Positions 49,431 to 61,250 of a stretch of DNA of 64,000 nt are shown one piece after another (the first letter of the stretch is position 1; every line of letters begins with the position of its first letter). The notes beneath the pieces are model-generated. The model saw only the letters and a program-made list of their open reading frames with translations. It made no database searches and was not told the origin of the DNA. The stretch comes from Dipteris shenzhenensis (taxonomy: Eukaryota). A program made the translations under genes and the position numbers. The stretch lies in the NCBI GenBank assembly GCA_047967505.1, contig CM106538.1; one strand, written 5' to 3'.

Positions 49431-50326
49431 CCCTTCTATCTACACTTATAAAATCACAACATAAGTTGCAAGGAAATATATTAACAGTTATAAAATAGCA
49501 TCTATGAGCTTCTTTTTTAACTTAAAACATAAAGTGTCCTGAAGCGTCGCTGTATAGCGACGTTTTGGCCTGTTCCGTCGCTATATAGCGATGATTTGCT
49601 CTGTTCTATCGCTATATAGCGACTGACCAGCGTTGTTATATAGCGACTGACTAGCGTCGCTATATAGCGACACTGTGGGTTAAAACTCGAACCTCGACAC
49701 GATGCACGATGCTTTCTTTAGCATTCTCTAATCTCTATTGTAAGCAAAGCAATCTCTCCTCCCACCTATTTCCGACAACCTCCCACTCTATTCTCCACTC
49801 CTCACCACTACTCACCCCTCTCCTAACACTTGTGCTTCCTCTCAACCCTTCTCTCTCTTTGGTTTCTTGAAAGGAAGTTTTTCAAGAAGGTGAGTCTCTT
49901 TGAACAATGTAGGTTCACTTTTTGTGAGATTTTGTTTTGTGAGTGTTGAAGCATGTTTGCTAAAGCTGTGTACTAGTTTTCATGCTTGATTTCAAAGGAT
50001 TGAAGACAAAAAAATGAGATTTCAAGAAAGAAAGAAGACTCATCTCTTCTAGTCTTTTTTGTATTTCTCTTCCTTCTCTTTCTCCTTGTCTAATCCAATC
50101 TCTTTGAGAAGTTGCTTTTGTAATCTCCTCCTTCCTCTAACTAGTTATTTGAAAAATGGTATGTTTCCTCTCTTTTGTAGGGTCAGTCCACAAAACACTA
50201 AGCGGGATGTACTATTCTAGATAAGTGCTTTCTCTTTTTTCCATTTGTTATTTTTGTTATTTGCATTGGCCTGCAGCTAGCGCCTTAAGCGCTAAGCGCT
50301 AGCTGCAATGATGGGCGTAGGAACCC

Positions 50327-52105
50327 TCTCTTTCCCTCTCTTCCCCTCTCTTCCCTCTTCTTTCCCTCTTCTCTCCTCTTCTTTCCCTCCTTTCCTTCTC
50401 CTTCTCCTTCAATCTTTCAATCTCTTTCTCCCTCTTTTTCCCTCTTTCCTTTCCCTCTTCTTCTCTCTTTCCCCCTTCTCTTATGCTCATGCATAAGCAT
50501 GAGCATATGTCTCTTTTTCCCTCTTTCCTTTGCCTCTTCTTCTCTTTCTTTCCCTCTTTCCCCTTTTCCAATCTCTCTTTTCTTTCCCTCTTCTTCTCTC
50601 TTCTCCTCTTTTCCTCCCTCTTTTCCCTCTTTCATGCTCATGCTCTTATGCTCATGCATAAACATAAGCATGAGCATATTGCTCCTTCTCTTATGCTTAT
50701 GCTTATGCTTATGCATAAGCATAAGAGAAGGAGACATATGCTCATGCATATGCTTATGCATGAGCATAAGAGAAGGAGACATATGCTCATGCATGAGCAT
50801 ATGTCTCTTTTTCCCTCTTTTCTTTCCCTCTTCTTCTCTCTTTCTTTCCCTCTTTCCCCTTTTCCAATCTCTCTTTCCTTTCCCTCTTCTTCTCTCTTCT
50901 CCCTCTTTTCCCTCTTTCATGCTCATGCTCTTATGCTCATGCATAAGCATAAGCATGAAAGCATGTCTCCTTCTCTTATGCTTATGCTTATGCTTATGAT
51001 ACTTATAAGCATAAGCATAAGCATAAGAGAAGGAGACATATGCTCATGCTTATGCTTATGCATGAGCATAAGAGAAGAAGACATATGCTCATGCATAAGC
51101 ATGATCATATGTCTCTTTTTCCCTCTTTCCTTTCCCTCTTCTTCTCTCTGGGCCCCCCTCTTTCCCTTCTTTCAATCTCTCTTTCCTTTCCCTCTTCTTC
51201 TCTCTTCTCCTCTTTTTCCCTCTCTTTTCCCTCTTTCATGCTCATGCTCCTATGCTCATGCATAAGCATAAGCATGAGCATATGTCTCCTTCTCTTGTGC
51301 TTATGCTTATGCATAAGAGGAGACATATGCTCATGCATAAGCATAAGCACAAGAGAAGGAGGCATATGCTCATGCTTATGCTTATGCTTATGCATGAGAG
51401 AAGAAGACATATGCTCATGCATAAGCATGAGCATATGTCTCTTTTTCCCTCTTTCATTTCCCTCTTCTTCTCTCTTTCCCCCCCTCTTTCCCTTCTTCTA
51501 GTCTCTCTTTCCTTTCCCTCTTCTTCTATCTTCTCCTCTTTTCCCTCTTTCATGCTCATGCTCTTATGGTCATGCATAAGCATAAGCATGAGCATATGTC
51601 TCATTCTCTTATGCTTATTATGTCTCTTTTTCCCTCTTTCCTTTCCCTCTTCTTCTCTCTTTCCCCCCCTCTTTCCCTTCTTCTGGTCTCTCTTTCCTTT
51701 CCCTCTTCTTCTATCTTCTCCTCTTTTCCCTCTTTCATGCTCATGCTCTTATGGTCATGCATAAGCATAAGCATGAGCATATGTCTCCTTTTCTTATGCA
51801 TAAGCATAAGAGAAGGAATCTCTCTTCCAATCTCTCTTTCTTTCCCTCTTTCTTTCCCTCTTTTCTTTCCCTCTTTCATCCCTCTTTCCCCTCTTTCCTC
51901 TCTTGAGCATATGTCTCTCTCTTTTCCCCCCTCTTTCCCCTCTTTCATGCTCATGCTCTTATGCTCATGCATAAGCATAAGCATAAGCATGTGTCTCTTT
52001 CTCTTATGCTCATGCATAAGCATAAGCATAAGCATGAGCATATGTCTCCCTCTTTCAATCTCTTTTTCACTTTCCCTCCCTCTTTTCCCTCTTTTCCTTC
52101 TATCA
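50327..52105. repeat. Low-complexity block: CT-rich tracts alternating with palindromic (ATGCTY)n/(RAGCAT)n hexamer arrays
   Basis: Directly visible; it generates the spurious MLMLMHKHK and FPLS ORFs. Confidence 0.95.
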
Positions 52106-52766
52106 TGAGCACACCAATGTCGCTATATAGCGATGTTTACCAGTGTCGCTATATAGCGACAATTATCAGTGTCGCTATATAGCGACGGTTTATAGCGACC
52201 ATTCTTTTCCGATGCTTTTAACGACTTTAATAACGACATTTGCAAAAGCATTGGTATTTTCGTCAGAAAAGAGCCTATGCCTTGTAGTGGAAATCACCAC
52301 CAAGGTCTAGTTTATTTCTCACGTCATCCCACACACTCCTCCACGGCTGAATACAAGGAGGTGAACCAGAAATAGCGTCGACTACAGGTTTTTTGCAAAA
52401 GATACGATGTAAGTGTACACAACCTTAGTCCTTATCAGGGTTAACAAAGCATCCAGAACAGGAATAGTCTCAGCCTAGTCAGTTGAACATAATTTTTTGG
52501 AGACGGAAAATCGTTTCTTCTCGAGGGAGCTGCTCTCTCTACTGTCTCTGCTGATAGTAGGCAAATGTGCGCTAAATGTTGAAGAAGATTCTGCGCACCA
52601 ACGAGTATCTCAGCTCCATGTTCGCAGCGCCAGCTCGTGCGCTTCCATTTTCGATGGTTGGAGTCTGGACCCGGCAAAATCCCACTCACCAATTGCGGCA
52701 AACAGTGTGTCCATCCCGACCCGGTGCAGAAGGAGACAGAGAGTTTGAATTTCTATCAATCGGTTG

Positions 52767-53653
52767 TCAACCAGACGTCAGTTGTACGACCTCATAGATC
52801 GCAAACTTTGATTTGGCGCCTAAGCTCCTCCAGTAGGATTCTGCAGGCGAACCCCCTGGTCTACTGAAGAATGCGTAGGCTGCCTGTTCATTCTGCCAGA
52901 TTCCCAATCCTATCATTCTCGCACCGTCGGACGATTGATAGAAATTACAAGCCCTCAACGTGCTCGAAGTACGCCTTTAAGATGGCCAAGCACGAATACG
53001 AAAGCATTTCCTTATATTCCGGTTCGCCGACGATTCCCCGTAGGTGCACTACATCTCCTTGTGTTAGCTGTACTGGAAGTAAATTCTTCGCAGCTTTACT
53101 CTCCCAGCAAGATAACTTGTACCAGCCAACGTCTACAGTTTGTCCTATTGGCAAAATCGCCTTTTCAAAAGCATCAAGCTGCAAATAAACCAGCTTCAGC
53201 GTTAGTTTGGCAGATTGCCAACTTTTACATACAAACTACCACAGCCCTTACATAAAAGCTACGCAGAGTCCATGGGGTGTGAGGGGCTATGTCGAATATT
53301 AAGTTGCTCACGTTTGGATGCGTGTCTGCAGCGGTTGCTTGTTCCCAAATCGAGTACAAAGCCACCTGTGCAGCGCAAGAGAGGCACAGTGAGCGAAAGC
53401 TATAAACGAGGGGCACGAATCAAAGAGGAGGTATGGAAGATAGACGGAATATTGAGGAGGCGGCGGAATGAGCACTCACCCAAGAGGAAGTGGAGTTGCT
53501 GAGGCTTTTGAGGATGGCGGATCGGACGAAATGGGTGCGATGGAAGGAGAGGGAGATGGAGGAGAGGCGAGAGAGGAGTTGGAGAGTGGTGAAGGGAGCG
53601 CGCGATTTGAAGATGGCGACGGAGATCCAAGAGCAAGGGTGGGTAAGGGCCAT
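52767..53653 (-). pseudogene. Plant tandem dimeric alpha-beta barrel (ABM-like; DUF7392-like from memory) gene, 3 exons, single frameshift
   Basis: Exons 53653-53480, 53365-53312 and 53178-52767, with phase-0 GT-AG introns and branch point ACTAAC in intron 2. Protein …HFVRSAILKSL…VALYSIWE…GWYKLSCWESK…TQGDVVHL…LSYSCLAILKAYFEHVEGL/RACNFY…IGLGIWQ…KFAIYEVVQLT. Frameshift at ~52950; about 215 aa if repaired. Confidence 0.75.
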
Positions 53654-53699
53654 GGAGAAAGAAGAAGAACTACAGCCTATACACAGAAAGCAAAGCCAG

Positions 53700-53862
53700 C
53701 TTATAGGAGAAACACGAGGCCACGTGGCTTCCCCGAAGCTTCGCGTTTATCATCATTTTGACCGACGCTGATGCATTGCCCGCCCTGGTTAGCTCCGTAC
53801 GCCCACGTGGTCCCCCTTCATTGGCCTGTCTACTTTCTATTTTGTAACGCCTTTTTACCGAC
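53700..53862 (-). promoter_or_regulatory. Proximal promoter: TATA-like box, two G-box/ABRE palindromes, two DRE/CRT cores
   Basis: CCTATAAG on the minus strand (53700-53707), ~50 bp upstream of the ATG. GCCACGTGGC at 53719-53728, CCACGTGG at 53803-53810, ACCGAC at 53761 and 53857. Confidence 0.55.
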
Positions 53863-54315
53863 TTCTCCAGCAATTTAGAGTCTACTTGATCAAGGAAAGG
53901 TACATAAATGTTACGAGGCAGCTATAGACATACATTTTGATCATACTAAAGATAGGTAGCACTAAAATTAATATCTTGTGGTATTAAAGGAGTAAGATGA
54001 CTCCCCAAATTGCATAGAATATGTGTGACATCATGTAATATAAATATAATTCACTTTACTCACAATCAAACCTATTTGAAAGAGTTTAATATACCTTCAA
54101 AGCTACAAAAGTGAAAGTGAATGGTTTAAACGTGAGTATGTGATCTCTCTCTAATACTAAGGGCCTTTAAGGTCTAGGAACAAAGATAATATGACCTTTG
54201 TACTTGAGGACAGTGAATCGTTTCTCTCCTCTTTCTCATACTCATGGCAGTATGTTTCGGGGGGGAAACACAAAGAGTTGATATGCTTGGGGAACTATGA
54301 ACCTATACGTCCATG

Positions 54316-54658
54316 TGTTACGTCAACTATAATACCGTGTGACCACGGTATAAGGCGGGAAGCCAGAGGGCTTGACAGCACTTGCATTAATAGGGCCTAA
54401 AGGGCTTAGATCTAGGGTCACTAGCCATTTATGAGGTGGTGCATAAGGAGTCCTAGAGAGGGCTATAAAGAGAGGAGTCCCTTGTGGGACATGTGGCACC
54501 AAAGTTGGAGGCCAAGTGGCAAGTGCTGGGCTAGGAGGGAGGATTCTAGAGGGAGCCAAAAAAAGAAAGGAGGTTTAGGGGGCTCCAAGAGAAGGGAATC
54601 CGTGGTCCGGTGGATGATTATGACAGCAGAAGCCCTCGAGGTTTGAGGACCCGCAACA
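54316..54658 (+). repeat. 5' LTR
   Basis: TGTTACGTCAAC…CCGCAACA, 343 bp. Confidence 0.95.
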
Positions 54659-55585
54659 TTGGTATCAGAGCTTGTGTAACTGAGTTAGTCTTGGCCATCA
54701 CGGAGAGGAGCCATCATCTTTATTGCTGTGAGCTTCATTGTGAAGGAGCCATCACGGGAGTATCATGTACTGTTGTACGTGCCGCCGTACGTGCCGCCGC
54801 CACACAACGCTTGAACAAAAGCAAAGTAGGAAACGGAGAATAGCGAGCTCAACAAATTTTTGGAAGGCTGAAGCAGAATTGAAGAGTCGACTAGTCACTG
54901 TCGTGCGACCTACAGCAACAGTTCAGTAGCGTAGCCCAGGACAATGGGCTTTGGAGGCCAATAGTACTAAATGACAGTACTACTATCACACAGGTGCATA
55001 GTAGGGTTGCGAGACTCAGAAGCACTGCAAGCTTGCGAAGGCTGCGAGTCTGATTTTGTCTGAAGCTTTTCAATTTCCAAGGCTACGTGTAGCCATCATC
55101 ATTACTGTGGGGCCGAGAGTAGAGAGAGTATCATTGGTGCAGCCTTTGTCGACCTACACCTTGCATAAACACACGGAGATTCATTGAAAGCCACATCATC
55201 TAAGGTCTTTTGACCTTTAGAAAAAGCCACATCATCTTTTTTTTTTTTTTTTTAAACCCCTCTCTAAAGTCTAAAACCCCCCTCTCTTTTCAAAGTCTTT
55301 TCACCCCATTCTTCTTTCCAATCTCCTTAGCCTCGCCAAACTCAAAGAAGAAGATCGAAGAATAGGTCGAAAAGTTCGAAGCAAAGAGTATAAAGAAGAG
55401 CGGGATCGGGACGAGAGATCAAGAATTAAAAGCGTGAGAGGACGCGTCAGCTTCAAAGACAAATTCAAGACCATCGAACAAATACCAGGGAAGTGGGCAT
55501 CATATTTTTCTCTCTGATATAAAGCGCTTTGCTTTACATTTTTTGGAAAATATACATTTTTAAAATAACTCCAAAAAGGGATGGT

Positions 55586-58500
55586 ATGAATAGGGAGGCT
55601 GAGGAAAGGGCTAGAAAGGGAAAAGCAATAGTTAGAGAGGAAATACATGAGGAGGTACAAACTGAAACTCAAGAGGATAATGTAGAAATGGAGGATATTG
55701 ATTATGGTGATTATGGAATTCCATATGCGAATTTCACTAAACTTGAAACTCGAACGCAAAATATAGAAACACAGTTAGGGGTTATCAGTGAAACATTAAA
55801 AACCCTAGCTGAAGCTATAACTAAGATAGCTGATTCTCAATCGGTATCTATTACTGAAAAATCATCGATTCCTCCTAATCAAGTTGAGAGGTCTACCTCT
55901 CGACTTAGAGGAACCTCAAACATCCTTAAGGACTTAAAACCACCAATTTTTAATGGGGAAGAAAAGGAGCGTAATAAAGATGCGATTAATACGTTCTTGC
56001 AAAAATGGCAAGACTTTCATCGACTCAAGAATACACCTCCTGAAAATCAAGTCATGGAAGCAAGTCTTTCCCTTGGAAATAAAGCCTATAAATGGTGGAT
56101 GAGCCTCAAGGAGAGTGATAAAATTCCTAGATATTGGACTGAGTTTGAACAAGCCTTCCTAAAAGAGTTTTTACCCGAAAATGAATTAGAAAGAGCGTGG
56201 GAGGCTTGGGACAATTGCACTATGGGTAAAAACACTCTAGTCTAGTACATAGCGAATTATAGGGAGGCAGTCCTTAAGCTGAAGGGAATTAATGAATTCC
56301 AAAAGATAAGGGGTTTCGTGAGAGGTCTCAAAGACACTTATAAGGTTGAGGTGAAAAGAAATTCTCCAAAAACCTTTGAGGAAGCCATTAAGTATGCCCA
56401 AGTATATGATGATACGATGGGGAAATTCAGAATTGGAACTTCGGAGCAAACAGGTTTTGTTCCAAAGTTCAATAAATTTTCCAATTTGAAAAGGAAGGGG
56501 CACTTTAAGAAGGAGGTTCCTCAGGCACCACCTAAGAAACCTCAAACACAAAATTATCCTCTCTTGAAGAAAGAGGATTATGAAAGGGCCAGGCAATAAA
56601 GTCTTTGCTTCAAATGTTTGGGCAAAGACCATGCTGCTTGGAACTGTCCTAAAAATAAACCAGCGGGAGCTAAAGCACCAAATAGACCTCCACAAAAACA
56701 AGTGCATGCGGTGCAAGTGTTACCACTCAATGGTACTGAAAAGTACACTGAGGTAGAGGTTTATCATGAGGATAGCACCCATATGTGATGTCTATCATCG
56801 GCAATGTGGCAACCCACCTTTGGTCCTCATGATTTGATGAGGATGCATGGAAAAAGTAAGGGGCAAAGAGTAAGAGTGATGGTCAATGATAGTGCAACAC
56901 ATAATTTCTTAAACTACTCATTAGTTAAGAAATTAAAATTGTCTGAGAGTCCCAGTGCCCATAAATATGTGGTCTCTTTGGCGAAGGGCAATGATAAAAA
57001 AGTTTGGGACACCATGATATATGGTGTAGAGATGGATATTCAAGGCTATCAGGATGCCTTGGATTTCCAAATCATGCCTCTCGACCGAACAGATGTAATG
57101 CTTAGTCGAGAATGGTTGTATAGTCTTGGGCATAGCTTACATAGGAGTTATCTTAATAACTCCATTATGTTTGAAAAAGAGGGTAGAGTCTTTCAAATTC
57201 AAGGAGAACATGACGTGCCTAACTCTCCTCTTATTTATTCGATGGAATTGGAATGACTACTATACCAAGAAGAATGCGAGGTATATCTTTGTGAACTTAC
57301 TTTTATTGGTGATTTTATGTCTTCTACATCGGAAAGAAGTAATGTTGTTTTTTGTAATATTAAAAAGTATAAATCTTCTTTAAAATATTTAATGTTTGAA
57401 TTTAAAGATGTTTTTTCGTTTGATTTACCTGATGGTTTACCTCCTGAGAGAGAAGTAGATGATAAAATAGATTTAATTCCTGGATCTACCCCTGTTTGTA
57501 AACCCCCATATAGGCTTAGTCAAACGGAGGAACATGAGGTCGAAAGACAATTAACGGAATATCCTTAAAAGGGCTAAATCCAAACAAGTAGTTCACCTTG
57601 GTCTGCACCAGTTTTACTGGTAAAGAAAAAAGATGGTACTTTGCGTTTATGCATAGATTACCGAGCATTAAATAAAATCACCATAAAAAATAAGTATCCT
57701 ATGCCTCGCATTGATGAGCTCTTTGATCAATTGCAAGGGGCAAAATACTTTACTAAAATTGATTTAAGATCGGGATATCATCAAGTACGAATTAGGGAAG
57801 AAGATGTCCCTATGACATCATTTCGTACTAGGTATGGGCATTATCAATTTAAAGTAATGCCATTTGGATTAACAAATGCTCCAGCAACTTTCATGACACT
57901 TATGAATAGTGTCTTAAGGCCATATCTAGGGAAATTTGTTGTAGTATTTCTAGACAATATCCTTATTTATAGTAAAACAAAAAAAAAACATTTGGAACAT
58001 TTGCAAAAAGTGTTCCAACTGCTTAGAGATAATTCACTCTTTGCAAAAGAATCCAAATGTGAATTCTTTGCAAAAGAAGTGAAATACTTGGGACATAATA
58101 TATCCCAAGAAGGGGTTCGTATGGACCCTAACAAAGTAAGGGCCATATTGGAATGGCCACATCCTACAAATCTAGAAGAATTATAGATATTCTTAGGTTT
58201 GTCAGGATTCTATAGGAGATTCATCCAAGATCATGCTAAGATTGCTGTTCCGATGATGGACCAGCTTAAGGGGAAGGGAAGCACCTTCATATGGGATGAA
58301 CCTCAAAAGAGAAGTTTTGAAAAATTAAAGGTAGCTATAGCGACAGCTCCTGTCTTAAAAGTAGTGGATCCCAATGAACCATTCGTGGTTGAGACAGATG
58401 CGAGTGATTTTGTTGTTGGGGCAATACTTATATAAAAAGGTCGACCAGTGGCTTTTGAAAGCAAAAAGCTAGATCATGCCCAATGGAATTACTCGGCATA

Positions 58501-60242
58501 TGAGAAGGAACTATATGCTATAGTCTATGCTTTGAAGAAGTGGAGGCACTATTTATATGGTACAAAATTTGAGATCATCTTTGATCAAAAAAGCATTAAA
58601 TGGATTTGTAATCAGCCAGAGCTTAAAGGTAGAAAAGCTAGATGGGTTGAATTAATGCAAGAGTTTGATATACAATTGACATATAGGAAAGGGAAGTTTA
58701 ATGTGGTAGCAGACTCTCTTAGTCGAATGCCAATTGTTAATGAATTGAGTTTTACTCAATTTTAGAATGATTTCCTAGAGTCCTTAAAAGGGAAATGTGA
58801 ATTTGATCCTCACTTCTCTGCAATATGGAAAGCAATTAAAAACAGGGATCCAACTAATCGAGAGGCTTTCAGTGAGGAGTCACATGGAAATGGCAACACA
58901 CCATAGGTTGGTGATAAAGGACTCAAGTGGAGAAAATATACTATTGAAGAATGCTACCTACTCTACAAGGGCAGAGTATGTGTCCCGGATGATAATGACA
59001 TTAGGCACCAAATCCTTTTTGAATGTCATGATAGTCTGAGTGCTAGACACCCGGGAATTCAGAAGACATATGTACTTCTGAAAAGACAATTCTTTTGGCC
59101 TGGAATAGGTAAGGACATCCAAGATTATGTATTGAAGTGCCAAAAATTCTAGGTCTCCTACACCCATTGGAGATTCCATCTGGCAAATGGGAAAGCATCT
59201 CCATGGATTTCATTGTGGGACTACCTAGGACACAGAGGGGGCACAACCCTGTGTGGGTAATTGTGGATCGGTTGACCAAGATGGGCTCATTTTATTCCTG
59301 TCAGTGAAGATGTTAAAACTCTAGAATTAGCTAGGCTATTTGTGGAGCATATCTATAGACTGTATGGGCTACCCGCCGGTACTGTTAGTGATCGGGATAG
59401 CAAATTTAACAACCATTTTTGGAGGGCTATGTTTAAGAGGTTGGAAACTTCATTGAATATGAGCACCGCGGATCTCATCCACAGAGTGATGGTCAAACTG
59501 AAAGGGTCAATCAAATCATTGAGGACATGCTTCGAGCATATGTAAGTAAACGGCAAACTAATTGGGAGCAGTATTTGCCCATATTAGAATTTGCATATAA
59601 TAGTGCCAAACATTCAACTACAGGTTTCAGTCCATTCATGATGATGTATGGATTTCAACCTAGAGCCCCAATGACAGTGGGACTTGAAAAAGAGACGGTT
59701 CAAGCGGCCAAAGACTTTCTTAAGGATATGAATCAAATGCTTAAGTTAGCGATAGCATAAGAAGAGCTCAAGATAGAGCATGAAGTTATGCAAACCCCCA
59801 CCGTAGAAAGTTGGAGTTTGAAGTAAATGAGAAAGTCTACCTTAACGTACCTGAATCTTCAGAATCTCTAAAAACAGGTAAATGTTCGAAGTTGTCTCCT
59901 AGGTATTGTGGACCATTCACAATACTTAAGAGGATTGGAGAACTTGCTTACAAATTAGCCTCACTTGAGGGATGTAGAGTACATCCAGTTTTTCATGTTA
60001 GTAGGCTAAAAAGAAAATTAGGAGATGATGATAATCTCATTGGAAATGAAGTCCTAGTTGAACTTATTGAACCCGCATCTTTACCACATGAACCAGAAAA
60101 AATTTTAGATACACAAGAAAAAGGAACGCGACATACTATATGGAAAGAATGTCTGGTTAAGTGGAAAGATAGATCTGAAGAGAGTTCAACATGGGAAAAC
60201 GTAAGACTTTCTCCAGAGGAGGTTTCCCAATTTTGTTTTTGA
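55586..60242 (+). pseudogene. gag-pol (Gag, zinc knuckle, protease, RT, RNase H, integrase, chromodomain) with many stops
   Basis: LKPPIFNG…[38 protein letters not shown]…DLRSGYHQ…MPFGLTNAP…[29 protein letters not shown]…VHPVFHVS; EPEKILD…LVKWK…STWE. Confidence 0.93.
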
Positions 60243-60272
60243 GGACGTAAACAATTCTTAAGGGGAAGGGAA

Positions 60273-60623
60273 TGTTACGTCAACTATAATACTATGTGAC
60301 CACAATGTAAGGCGGAAAGCCAGAGGGCTTGACAGCACTTGCATTAATAGGGCCTAAAGGGCTTAGATCTACGGCCACGCCTAGGTCTAGGCATTTATGA
60401 GGTGGTGCATAAGGAGTCCTAGAGAGGGCTATAAAGATAGGAGTCCCTTGGCACCAAAATTGGAGGCCAAGTGGCAAGTGCTGGGCTATGCTGGGCTAGG
60501 AGGGAGGATTCTAGAGGGAGCCAAAAAAAGAAAGGAGGTTTAGGGGGCTCCAAGAGAAGGGAATATGTGGTCGGGTGGATGAATATGACAACAGAAGCCC
60601 TCGAGGTTTGAGGACCCACAACA
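60273..60623 (+). repeat. 3' LTR
   Basis: TGTTACGTCAAC…CCACAACA, 351 bp; differs from the 5' LTR by substitutions and small indels. Confidence 0.95.
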
Positions 60624-60749
60624 CCATGGATGTGAGTTCACTGGCCTATCAAATCATGTCTTACCTCCTTTGAAATACCAATCTTCATTGCAAACTAACA
60701 TGACTTGTAGCACTACCAAGAATGACTTATAGGATGTACTTCTCAAGGA

Positions 60750-61250
60750 ATTATTAGAATATTTAAGGAAGAGGTGACCCCTCCAATCTCTTCGATGGGT
60801 GTAAATAATTTATTGAAATTGTTCACCATGCTTGATTATTATGCATATCTTGGGGTCTCCCAATGAAGTATTCTACAGAATTTGTGGCCATCACTCACAA
60901 TTTGAAAATTTGATATTGAGTCACATTGTAAGGAAAAAGGAGAAAAGAGGGAGAAGAGAAACATAAATGTAATAAGCTATAATATGCTATCACCAAAGAA
61001 AGATATCCTACAGCCCAAGTTGGAAACCTTTGCTGATTTGATTCATTGAAAAGATGTAGATATAGATATCCATATGGTGTCAAATATAATCGAGCACTAC
61101 AATTCACCCAACTACCCATTTCTACAATGCATGATGACTTCTGGAGGAACAACCAGGTGGCCTTGCATCTGCTTTCTATGTATATCAAAACTATTCTATA
61201 ATTGATGGCCCTCCCACTTCCTATGATCAATAATTTTCTCAATAAAATCT
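60750..61250 (-). mobile_element. Possible L1 ORF1 (DUF4283-like) remnant
   Basis: PYGYLYLHLFNESNQQR…TWAVGYLSLVIAYY resembles the G.F.F.F…GPW.…L.L..W pattern; weak match. Confidence 0.3.

Larger units (their letters stand above)
44091..52289 (-). mobile_element. CACTA (En/Spm) DNA transposon, both termini present
   Basis: Starts CACTAC and ends GTAGTG; 3-bp TSD GAA at 44088-44090 and 52290-52292. Subterminal palindrome GTCGCTATATAGCGAC near both ends. Contains a Tnp2-type transposase. Confidence 0.95.
54316..60623 (+). mobile_element. Full-length Ty3/gypsy chromovirus LTR retrotransposon (inactivated)
   Basis: LTRs TG…CA at 54316-54658 and 60273-60623; TSD CCATG on both sides; PBS TGGTATCAGAGC (tRNA-iMet type) at 54660-54671; PPT AAGGGGAAGGGAA at 60260-60272. 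Confidence 0.97.

Noticed and set aside
50299-52182. His/Met/Lys-rich and Phe/Ser/Pro-rich ORFs up to 260 aa
   Set aside because: Open in several frames on both strands because of low-complexity hexamer and CT repeats; not credible proteins.
52441-52760. Short overlapping ORFs between the CACTA end and the ABM-like gene
   Set aside because: No recognisable motifs; probably 3' UTR or intergenic sequence.
53480-53653. Chloroplast transit peptide in exon 1
   Set aside because: Ser-rich, but it aligns by eye with the first ABM-like barrel (…FVRSAILKSL…), so it is more likely part of the mature fold.
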